A DNA stretch of 64,000 nt from Pseudomonadota bacterium (GTDB lineage Bacteria > Bdellovibrionota > Bdellovibrionia > Bdellovibrionales > Bdellovibrionaceae). The DNA lies in contig JBEGVH010000021.1 of the NCBI GenBank assembly GCA_041178425.1, positions 32,001 to 96,000 of the forward strand. The letters are read 5' to 3'. The first letter of the stretch is position 1. Every line of letters starts with the position of its first letter. The notes under the pieces were generated by a model that saw only the letters and a program-made list of their open reading frames with translations, searched no databases and was not told the DNA's origin. The position numbers were made by a program, and so were the translations under genes. Shown here piece after piece: positions 34,860 to 43,511 of this stretch.

Positions 34860-35365
34860 AAGGATAGGGCCTTACGCAATTCTTGGGGCGAAGAGTAATA
34901 GTTGATGAAAGTGATCTTGCCCTTCTCTAAGCCCAACAACGTGACCTGTTTTTCTTTAAAGGGCACTCCATTCGTCAACGTCCCTTCTCGATCGAGAAGT
35001 ATCGAATAAGAAAGTTTTCGCATTTTTGGCAAGGCTGCAAACTTAAATACCAACCCCGGCATGCCACTCACATCTGCTAAGTAAGCAATACCTTTTTCAT
35101 TGAGTTTAGACTGCGGAGTTGATTCTAATGTCGCTGCCACTAATTTACTGGCCGCCATATCGCGGGCAACAATGAGGAGCTTAATCTTGTCATTGATAGA
35201 ATTTTTAACATCGTTTTGATCAGACACATCAAATGCTGATATTGATTTTCCTACTTGCCACTCGGAAACCTCTTCGCCCCAGGCAGAAGCAAAAGAAAAC
35301 AATCCCATCATCAAAGTTATAATTAGGGTTCTAAAAACGGCTAGCTCTTTGATGAGATTCAACAT
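34856..35365 (-). CDS. hypothetical periplasmic protein
   Basis: AAGGAG RBS, signal peptide, and a YLADVSGMP...LPKMR block. Confidence 0.7.
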   Translation of the reverse strand: MLNLIKELAVFRTLIITLMMGLFSFASAWGEEVSEWQVGKSISAFDVSDQNDVKNSINDKIKLLIVARDMAASKLVAATLESTPQSKLNEKGIAYLADVSGMPGLVFKFAALPKMRKLSYSILLDREGTLTNGVPFKEKQVTLLGLEKGKITFINYYSSPQELRKALSF

Positions 35366-35603
35366 AATAACTCCTTGATAAGCTGTCTTGATTTAAACGT
35401 AATCTATTTAACTAAAACTATTCCTTCAACAATTATCTTAAAAATCCTACAAGAGGGTTCTTTTGCACTTAAAGGACCCTGTACCTTGTTCGACCCCGAA
35501 ATATCCCTGTTCGATATTGATACGGTGGAGACAGGCAATGGCGAAATCTTGCCATCGTCACTGTATTTTTTTGAGAAACATGCAACAAGATAAAATTTTT
35601 TAT

Positions 35604-35630
35604 TAAAAAAGAAGTCCTGTTTGCCGATGA
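35604..35630 (+). promoter_or_regulatory. sigma28(FliA)-like promoter upstream of fadD
   Basis: TAAA-N15-GCCGATGA. Confidence 0.6.
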
Positions 35631-35691
35631 GAACCTTCGGAGTCAATCCACTAAGAGCGCGCTTTTTAGAAAACCGACAGGAGATTCAACG

Positions 35692-37359
35692 ATGACACGC
35701 ATCTGGCTAAAAGAATACCAACAAGGTGTACCCTCTGACATCAATCCAGATCTTTATAATTCAATACCCGAGATACTCACTCCAAGTTTTAAAAAATATG
35801 CCTCTCACCCAAGTTTTACGAGTTTTGGGACTACTTTTACCTATGAAAAAATCCACACCCAAGCGCTAAAGTTTGCCGCTTTTTTGCAAAAAGATTTAGG
35901 ACACAAGCCCGGCGACCGTATTGCTTTAATGATGCCCAATGTTTTACAATACCCTATTTGTATTTTTGGCGCGCTTTACGCTGGGATGACCATTGTGAAT
36001 GTCAACCCGCTCTACACCGGCAGAGAACTCCAATATCAACTCAAAGATTCTGGGGCTGAGACGATTGTTATTTTTGCCAATGCTGCGGCAACTCTCCAAA
36101 CGATCGTCAAAGACACTCCGATAAAAAACATTATCACTACTGAGATTGGAGATTTGCTTAATTTTCCAAAAAACATACTCATTAATTTTGTTTTAAAACA
36201 TGTTAAAAAGATGGTGCCCGCTTATTCCTTAGCTAACGAAATAAGTATTCAGACAGCCTTTGAGAGTCGAACCACCCAAGATTTTACGCCAGTGACGATA
36301 AAAAATACCGACATCGCTTTTCTTCAGTACACGGGCGGAACCACGGGAGTTTCTAAGGGAGCAATTCTCACCCACCGAAATATGATCTCGAATCTCTTGC
36401 AAGCTAAAGCCTGGTTGGACCCAGTGATCGAAGATGGCAAAGAAGTTATCATTACGGCTCTTCCTCTCTATCATATCTTCTCACTCACAGCGAACTGTTT
36501 TACGTTTTCGTTCGTTGGGGGCCACAACATAATGATTACAAACCCCAAAGACATACCCGGCTTTATCAAAGAACTAAGCCGCTGGAAATTCTCAACCATC
36601 ACTGGCGTGAACACCCTTTTTAGAGCGCTTATGAATGATCCGAAGTTTTCGCAATTGGATTTTTCAAAACTAAAGATTTCGCTCGGTGGCGGAATGGCGG
36701 TGCAAAAAGCCGTGGCCGTTGAATGGAAACAAAAAACCGGAACACCCCTCATTGAAGCCTACGGACTCACAGAGACAAGCCCCGCGGCCTGTATCAACCC
36801 CCTTAATATTCCAGAATTTAATGGTTGTATTGGAGTTCCCATTTCATCCACCGAAGTGAAAATTTTAGATGATAATGGCAACGAACTTCCTATTGGAGAA
36901 TCGGGAGAGATCTGTATTCGAGGCCCGCAAGTCATGGCGGGCTATTGGAAAAAACCCGAAGAGACCGAGAAAGTCATGACCCGTGATGCTTTTTTTAAAT
37001 CGGGCGATATTGGCTTTATGAATGAGAAGGGCTTTGTTAAGATCATGGATCGCAAGAAAGACATGATTCTTGTTTCTGGATTCAATGTTTATCCTAATGA
37101 GATTGAGGATCTTTTGGCAACTCACCCTAAAGTTCTTGAGGTTGCAGCCATTGGCGTAGCCGATGAAAAGTCGGGAGAGGTCGTAAAAGTCTTCGTGGTG
37201 AAGCGAGATTCCTCTCTCACCGACGATGAACTGATTCGCTTCAGCCGCGAAAATTTGGTTGGTTATAAAGTTCCTAAAAGTGTTGAGTTTAGGGACTCCT
37301 TACCCAAATCAAATGTTGGAAAAATTCTTCGTAAAGACTTGCGTGATGGCGCAAAATAA
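35692..37359 (+). CDS. fadD: long-chain-fatty-acid--CoA ligase
   Basis: FLQYTGGTTGVSKGA, EAYGLTETSP, DRKKDMILVSGFNVYPNEIE, LPKSNVGKILR. Confidence 0.93.
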   Translation: MTRIWLKEYQQGVPSDINPDLYNSIPEILTPSFKKYASHPSFTSFGTTFTYEKIHTQALKFAAFLQKDLGHKPGDRIALMMPNVLQYPICIFGALYAGMTIVNVNPLYTGRELQYQLKDSGAETIVIFANAAATLQTIVKDTPIKNIITTEIGDLLNFPKNILINFVLKHVKKMVPAYSLANEISIQTAFESRTTQDFTPVTIKNTDIAFLQYTGGTTGVSKGAILTHRNMISNLLQAKAWLDPVIEDGKEVIITALPLYHIFSLTANCFTFSFVGGHNIMITNPKDIPGFIKELSRWKFSTITGVNTLFRALMNDPKFSQLDFSKLKISLGGGMAVQKAVAVEWKQKTGTPLIEAYGLTETSPAACINPLNIPEFNGCIGVPISSTEVKILDDNGNELPIGESGEICIRGPQVMAGYWKKPEETEKVMTRDAFFKSGDIGFMNEKGFVKIMDRKKDMILVSGFNVYPNEIEDLLATHPKVLEVAAIGVADEKSGEVVKVFVVKRDSSLTDDELIRFSRENLVGYKVPKSVEFRDSLPKSNVGKILRKDLRDGAK

Positions 37360-37429
37360 AGAACTCCTAGACCTACGCCCAGAGTTTTAACGCTATTACT
37401 GCGGATCGCTGTCATAAACCGAAATTGAA

Positions 37430-38239
37430 ATGACAGCGATCACTGCCACTGGCGATAATGAGCCTATGAATACAGCACTTAAATTAAACCGAAATAAAAT
37501 GTTTCTTCATGACGACCAAGTGAATGATTTCTACGAAAAAGGTTTTTTTGTTTTAAGGAATCTTATCAAGCCTGATGAAATAGAATCCATCAAAAAATCT
37601 TTTGATCGCTTGCAGGCGATTGCCTTGAACCTCAAAAGCACACAAGAATATCTCGGTTCTCAATTTGTGGTTGAAGGTGATCGTATCGATCGAATTGTTT
37701 GGATGGGTGGCGCAGAACCAAGTCTTCTTCGCTTCGGCGAAGATGCTCGCATTCTCGGCCCCTGCAGCCAAATCCTCGAAACAGATCACTTTGATCAACT
37801 TATTTGCCAGGGCCACTACAAGCTTCCTGGTGATAGTGTTAAATTTGATTGGCACCAGGACTGTCAGCACCGAGGCGCAGGAACTCAAGATTGGGTTGAT
37901 GTGGATGGACGCGGAAGTTATGTACAAACGCTGATGGCAATCGACGAGGTCACTCCCGAAAATGGGCCAGTTAGTTTTATTCCTTATTCGGTCAAACTTG
38001 GCTATCTTGAACTCGAAAAAAAATCGAATCCAACAGAGTTTTTTGATCTCTCTCAAGCCGTTCCTCTCTTAATGCAGCCTGGTGACGTTGCCTTTTTCCA
38101 CCCCTACTCCATCCATGGAAGCGAACCCAATCATTCCAATGGACCACGTAGAGTATTTATAAATGGCTTCGCCTACCCTGGCGCGAACAGAAAAAAGTAC
38201 CCCGGCGATGGCGCTGGTCGCACAGTGAGTTTGCGTTAA
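37430..38239 (+). CDS. phytanoyl-CoA dioxygenase (PhyH) family Fe/2OG oxygenase
   Basis: WHQD, distal HGS and R (GPRR), and ENGP. Confidence 0.88.
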   Translation: MTAITATGDNEPMNTALKLNRNKMFLHDDQVNDFYEKGFFVLRNLIKPDEIESIKKSFDRLQAIALNLKSTQEYLGSQFVVEGDRIDRIVWMGGAEPSLLRFGEDARILGPCSQILETDHFDQLICQGHYKLPGDSVKFDWHQDCQHRGAGTQDWVDVDGRGSYVQTLMAIDEVTPENGPVSFIPYSVKLGYLELEKKSNPTEFFDLSQAVPLLMQPGDVAFFHPYSIHGSEPNHSNGPRRVFINGFAYPGANRKKYPGDGAGRTVSLR

Positions 38240-38282
38240 TTAATGCAAGGATTGGCTTAGGCGCTCACTTTCATTTTTGGTG

Positions 38283-39626
38283 TCACCGTGACAGCAGACG
38301 ACTCAGTTGCGCTTTTTGGTAACTGGCAAAAGCCCCAGTATATAAAACCCGTAAGAGGGGATCTTCGAGAGGGTCGATTTCTTTGATCGTCTCTTCGATA
38401 GGCTTCTCAAACAAACAATCATTGATTCGCAAATACAGAGAGGAGAGCGACTCTCCCTCGCTAAGTGCCCCGTAAAGTCGAGCCATAATTATTTCGGTGA
38501 ACCAGTTAACAGGTTGAGCCAAGTTCTCGATTGGCTCCAGTTGCCCCCCCTGGATTCTATAACAATATTTGAGCGCAGTGCCATCGCCTTGATATACATT
38601 TAACTGCCAAATTTTCTCGGTAAAAAAATAACCTTCCTCATCGATCACTAGCTGCTCAAAACGGTCTTTCAACCCATGCTCGAGAAAGTGAAAAACAATT
38701 CTCTTCTCTTCTTCGGACAAGTCTCCGAAATGGTGTGCCAACTCCGATGTCTTTGGAGGAACAAGGGAGGCATCATAAACATAGTCGACGTCTTGATTTC
38801 CAATCGGCTTCACCCATTCGAGGGAATCACTCCATCGGAAGGCCTCATGCTGTAGTTCAATGCCCACCGAAGGGTTCATGCGAACCACTTTCGTGTGTGG
38901 CAATAGCTCCAACACTTGATTCTTAAAACTTTGGTAGCTGATGGGAAAAAAAGCTTTATTGTACCAAGACCACTCTTCCATTTTAAACTGACACGAACTC
39001 GGCACCAAAATCCGCGGTTTTAAACATTGTAACTGATCAAGCCACTCCTGTGGCAGCTTCCCCGTGGACGCCTCACTCCTCGATGGTGTGATGACTTCTA
39101 GTTCTCGCATGGTTTGAAACGGCCAAAGCACGAGATCCCAAGGACCTCGCTTTAAGAGAGCCTCAAAAACCTCTGGATCGATCCAAGAATCGACCACGTT
39201 GAGTATATTAATCCCTTTGTGTTGAATTTGAAAAATCGAATCAACTTCTGCATCAAGAGCCCGCCAAGGGGTGATTGTAAATTCACCCACCCTTATCGCC
39301 TGACCAAGAATAATTGGTTCGACCGTTTTAAACCCCAGGGTTTTGATCATCTCGAAAAGTTCTTCATGCAGGCAAAAGAGAAATATCGGGGTTGAGCGAT
39401 CAAGGTGCTTTAAACTATCTAACGAACAATGATCGTCGTGATAATGAGAAATAAAAACAGCATCCAGCTTTAATTTACAAATTTGATCATAATCGAAGGC
39501 GACGGACGGAAAAGAAAAACAGTTTCTACTGAATGGGCTTTCAAAGATGGGATCAAACGATAATTGGTGTTCACCATCTGCAAAAAAATAACCCGCATGA
39601 AGAATTCTGTTTATTCTTAAGGCCAT
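38283..39626 (-). CDS. MBL-fold metallo-hydrolase
   Basis: HAG, DP and the ISHYHDDH metal-binding motif. Confidence 0.8.
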   Translation of the reverse strand: MALRINRILHAGYFFADGEHQLSFDPIFESPFSRNCFSFPSVAFDYDQICKLKLDAVFISHYHDDHCSLDSLKHLDRSTPIFLFCLHEELFEMIKTLGFKTVEPIILGQAIRVGEFTITPWRALDAEVDSIFQIQHKGINILNVVDSWIDPEVFEALLKRGPWDLVLWPFQTMRELEVITPSRSEASTGKLPQEWLDQLQCLKPRILVPSSCQFKMEEWSWYNKAFFPISYQSFKNQVLELLPHTKVVRMNPSVGIELQHEAFRWSDSLEWVKPIGNQDVDYVYDASLVPPKTSELAHHFGDLSEEEKRIVFHFLEHGLKDRFEQLVIDEEGYFFTEKIWQLNVYQGDGTALKYCYRIQGGQLEPIENLAQPVNWFTEIIMARLYGALSEGESLSSLYLRINDCLFEKPIEETIKEIDPLEDPLLRVLYTGAFASYQKAQLSRLLSR

Positions 39627-39775
39627 GTCTTTGCTTATCGAGTTTGTCTCAAAAAGTCTAAGATAAAAGCAAGACGAAAGACTGACTTCGCAGGGGCGCT
39701 CAATTTATTGTTTTTAGAAGGATCATAGTTCGGCATTATTAAGATATTATCTCTGACTGCTTTGAAGGCCTAAAT

Positions 39776-40204
39776 ATGCAAGTTTTTCATCTTCTTTATA
39801 TTTCAAAAGCCGCGCCTCATCTCGACATCGATGATTTACGGAAGATCATCACAATTTCAAATAGGAATAACGAAGCCTCCGATATAACCGGAGCCCTCTA
39901 CTATCGGGATTTCTACTTTATGCAGTTTTTGGAAGGCGACGAAGCTAAGGTTCGAAAGCTTTATGAGAAAATAGCCAAAGATCAACGACACATCGAAACG
40001 AGAGTGATCGGAGAGGTGTTTTCTAATCGACGCTTATTCGATACTTGGATGTCTGGTTTTGCCGATAGAATGCCAGTCAAAAAGAAGGCCGAAGAAATCT
40101 TTGCGCTCATTGAGTTAAGTTCGAAATCGGAGATTCTGCATGACCTTCAAACTATGAAGAGCAGTATTCGCCTTTTTGGAAACGCCTGCACGATGATTGA
40201 GTAA
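39776..40204 (+). CDS. BLUF (blue-light FAD sensor) domain protein
   Basis: LLYISKA, RNN, ITGAL, FMQFLEG, IAKDQRH. Confidence 0.92.
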   Translation: MQVFHLLYISKAAPHLDIDDLRKIITISNRNNEASDITGALYYRDFYFMQFLEGDEAKVRKLYEKIAKDQRHIETRVIGEVFSNRRLFDTWMSGFADRMPVKKKAEEIFALIELSSKSEILHDLQTMKSSIRLFGNACTMIE

Positions 40205-40608
40205 TAATTCGATTCGTTGAAAATGGTACATCCCTCCTGTAGTGCTACCCATTTAGACCGGACATCCTAGAAAAAGACTAGATCATTTGCATTTAAAGTA
40301 GGGATTCTTTGCCTAATTACGAAGATAAAGAAAAACAACCGCTATATTGGTCTCTCTATGAGCAGTAGTAGCCGGCAGGGATCACGATCTTTTTCCACCC
40401 ATGAAAATGCGGGTAAATTATTATCACAAACGACTGGGTTTAAGGCTAATGAATCGTGATTTTTGGAGTCAACTCCGAAAATAAAGCTTTTTTTTGACAG
40501 GCCTCCAAACGCATCTTTCAGCCTCTGGATCTAGGTTTTGGGTGGGGCAAATATTATGTTGAGGAACTAATTTGGATTTACATAGGAGGCGTGAGAGTGA
40601 TTTAAAAA

Positions 40609-40684
40609 TGGTGCGCCCGTAGGGACTCGAACCCCAAACCCTCAGATCCGAAGTCTGATGCTCTATCCATTGAGCTACGGACGC
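40609..40684 (-). tRNA. tRNA-Arg(TCG)
   Basis: Cloverleaf GCGTCCG...CGGGCGC-ACCA, anticodon arm TCAGA-CTTCGGA-TCTGA, T-loop TTCGAGT. Confidence 0.95.
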
Positions 40685-40811
40685 GTTTTAGAATGGACTA
40701 TGAAAACCTATGAAAAAAAACCAGAGAGGGCAAGTCTTTTTCCCAAGGGAACAAGTCTTTGCCGACTGCGTAGGAGCCCAAACTTTAAACACAGGCCCCT
40801 CCTTCTTATGC

Positions 40812-41384
40812 CTAGAGGGGGCGAACCTTACACGTCGCCTTGAGAACAGAACTCCATTCCATCGAAAAGGCGTCCATGGCAGCCCCAGCAAATTCGCGGG
40901 CATCAACCCCAAGATCTTCAAGTGAGCAGGTTCGCACCGGGGTTCCTTGATTAGAAACATTCACAGCAAAATGCACCATGGTTGAAACAGCGCTTTTAGA
41001 GGCGATACTAATAGAAAGCTTTCGATCACCCCAATAGAGATCATCGCCGTCACGAACAAGACTTTGTTCGTCTAAGTTGTTCGACATTTCAAGGAGGAGA
41101 TCTTTCACAATGGCTGCGAAGATCCGCTGAATGAGAACCCCCGTTGCCAACTCGCGGTGAAAAACCTCAATAATAAAGTGCACCATATCTCCACCAGCAA
41201 TAGAGGCTTCGGCGATGAGATCTTCTCCATCAATCATGTGTTCAAAACTCACATCACACGAACCGCGCCAGGCAACAATTGAGTCACCGAGTACGCCCCA
41301 CTTTAAATACGCAAAAAGTGGTTTTAATTGTGTTCCATCATAATGAATGGTTTCGCTGATCCATGAGGTTTGCATCGAATTCAC
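40812..41384 (-). CDS. DUF366 family protein (biotin/lipoate ligase-like fold)
   Basis: YDGTQL, GDSIVAWRGSCDV, HMIDGED, MVHFIIE, RDGDDLY, KLSISIA. Confidence 0.8.
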   Translation of the reverse strand: MNSMQTSWISETIHYDGTQLKPLFAYLKWGVLGDSIVAWRGSCDVSFEHMIDGEDLIAEASIAGGDMVHFIIEVFHRELATGVLIQRIFAAIVKDLLLEMSNNLDEQSLVRDGDDLYWGDRKLSISIASKSAVSTMVHFAVNVSNQGTPVRTCSLEDLGVDAREFAGAAMDAFSMEWSSVLKATCKVRPL

Positions 41385-41599
41385 TCCCTAAGGCGAGTTA
41401 AACATTGAATCAAGTCTGCCCTTTGATCTGGATTTTATCCGTCTCCATTTGAAATTATCTTAAAAGAGGACCTGAATAAAGCTCTTTTAAACCTTAGGGC
41501 CAGGTCTGGGCGTTCAAAAATCAAAAATTTTCACCCATAATAAACGGAAGAGGCAGATTAATTAGTCAAACATGCCTCACTAACGAAAGGACTCGTACT

Positions 41600-41902
41600 A
41601 TGTCTGTCAATTTCGATATCCCCAACCTCTATCAGTTTCTTACTCAAACCCCCGAAGGTGGACTCAGAAAAATGCTCGTGGATGGAAAGCCAATGACCGA
41701 GGTTCACTTTAACCTAATGATGAAGGTGGTCCGACATGGAGACCAATCTGAATTTACCAACTTTTGTGAAACAGGTGCTTTTCCACCCATTCGTCTTTCA
41801 CCCAAAGAGCTTCCAATGAAAGAAACATTTTGGAATGATTGCTTGAAAACATTTGGTGCCCGAGGTTTATTACAACCCGGAGGATCGACAAAGGCGGCAT
41901 AA
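41600..41902 (+). CDS. hypothetical protein
   Basis: 100-aa ORF with AAGGA RBS. Confidence 0.7.
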   Translation: MSVNFDIPNLYQFLTQTPEGGLRKMLVDGKPMTEVHFNLMMKVVRHGDQSEFTNFCETGAFPPIRLSPKELPMKETFWNDCLKTFGARGLLQPGGSTKAA

Positions 41903-41927
41903 TTTCGAGCCCCCTTGGTCAAACACT

Positions 41928-42500
41928 ATGGCAAAGATCTACACAAAAACGGGCGACCAAGGCAATACATCACTTTTGGGAGGCACTCGCCTCCCAAAAT
42001 CGCATCCTCGCTTTCATGCTTACGGTACTATAGATGAACTTAATGCTCATCTTGGGATCATAGTCTCCCAACTTACACTCCCCGCTGATGGCCAAATAAA
42101 ATCTATTTTATTACGAATTCAAAACGAACTATTTGTTGCGGGTGGTATGCTCGCTTGCGACGAAATAGCCTGGCTCCATAAAATCCCCGCACTAAAAAAT
42201 GATAATGTTCTTTTGCTTGAGCGGGAAATCGATGAGTGGACGATACAACTGCCACCTCTTCAAAACTTTATATTACCGAGTGGAACTCCTGCTGCCCTCA
42301 CCACTCATGTGGCTCGCACCGTCTGCCGTAGGGCTGAACGCTGGACTTTAGATGTGCTCAATGAGGCCTCCAACGAATTTAAGGAAGACTACGGACGAGT
42401 GGTTACCTACCTCAACAGACTTAGCGACCACCTTTTTACGTTAAGTCGTTATCTCAATCATAAATCCCAAATCATTGAGACTCCCTGGATCCCATCGTAA
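41928..42500 (+). CDS. ATP:cob(I)alamin adenosyltransferase, PduO type
   Basis: MAKIYTKTGDQG, YGTIDELN, ARTVCRRAER, YLNRLSD. Confidence 0.93.
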   Translation: MAKIYTKTGDQGNTSLLGGTRLPKSHPRFHAYGTIDELNAHLGIIVSQLTLPADGQIKSILLRIQNELFVAGGMLACDEIAWLHKIPALKNDNVLLLEREIDEWTIQLPPLQNFILPSGTPAALTTHVARTVCRRAERWTLDVLNEASNEFKEDYGRVVTYLNRLSDHLFTLSRYLNHKSQIIETPWIPS

Positions 42501-42559
42501 GGTCGAGTCCTGCTAGTCTTTACTTAAATCTTAGAGAGTGACCTGTTAGACTTCTAAGA

Positions 42560-43489
42560 GTGAAAGCTGCAGCATCAAAAGACCAAATAAATTCATTTTT
42601 TCTTGAACGTTGGTACCCCCTTCTGGCTTCGACTTTGGTGGGATTATTCGTTGCCGATGTGATTATTATGAACATCCGCCCTTCAATGTTGCCAACCAAG
42701 GCGCCCCCTGCAAAACAAGTTTTGCCGTTTATGGATCAATCTCCTCCACGCGGGGCTTACAATAGTATTACTTCAAAAAATATTTTTAATTGGGACGGCA
42801 ATATTCCGGATCCATTAACGCCAAAAGGATCAAAAGAACTTAAACCTGGTCTCGAACAAGCCCCCATTCTCTCCCAACTTCCTCTTAATTTGATTGGAAC
42901 CATTGTTCATTCAAACGCCGAAAAATCAGTGGCCAGTATTGAGGTTAAAAGTAAAAACCAAAGTATTTCTATAAGAGTTAAAGGCGAAGTTGAAAACATG
43001 GCCGAGATTCTCAAGATTGAGCGAAATAAAGTGATCTTTCGCAATCTCAACAATAATCAACTGGAATACATTGAGATCCAAGCAAAAAGTAAAATCTCGT
43101 TTACAGGGGCAGCACCCGTTTCAAGAGGCGGTGGCGATGAATCAGTTAAAACCACCGGCTCCAATCAATTCGCCATCAAACACAGTGAGATCGTAAAACA
43201 AACGTCAAATTTGCAAGCCCTCCTCAATCAGGCGCGATCAGCTCCTCACAGAAACCCTGAAACTGGTGAGGTCGATGGATTCACTATCTTAGATTATCAA
43301 CCAGGAAGTATATTTGAAAAACTTGGGCTCCAGCGAATGGATATTCTCAAAAACGTTAACGGACAACCCGTTGACAGCCCTGCCAAGGCCATGGAGCTCT
43401 ATAATGCTCTTAAAAATTCAGATAAAGTGAGTATATCTATCGACAGGGGTGGAAAAACCGAAACGCTCGATTACTCAATAACTAAATAG
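42560..43489 (+). CDS. gspC: type II secretion system protein C (PDZ-containing)
   Basis: N-terminal TM, LNLIGTI, C-terminal PDZ (GSIFEKLGLQRMD...VNG), and position upstream of gspD. Confidence 0.85.
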   Translation: MKAAASKDQINSFFLERWYPLLASTLVGLFVADVIIMNIRPSMLPTKAPPAKQVLPFMDQSPPRGAYNSITSKNIFNWDGNIPDPLTPKGSKELKPGLEQAPILSQLPLNLIGTIVHSNAEKSVASIEVKSKNQSISIRVKGEVENMAEILKIERNKVIFRNLNNNQLEYIEIQAKSKISFTGAAPVSRGGGDESVKTTGSNQFAIKHSEIVKQTSNLQALLNQARSAPHRNPETGEVDGFTILDYQPGSIFEKLGLQRMDILKNVNGQPVDSPAKAMELYNALKNSDKVSISIDRGGKTETLDYSITK

Positions 43490-43511
43490 ATTTAGTTAAT
43501 TAAGGTGGTGT

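Noticed and set aside
40219..40234. AAAATGGTACATCC resembling the tRNA 3' end (AAAATGGTGCGCCC), a possible att remnant
   Set aside because: The match is too short and there is no integrase.
41441..41455. GTCTCCATTTGAAAT resembling the palindromic box
   Set aside because: Degenerate, and there is no CCGATA element at the matching distance downstream.
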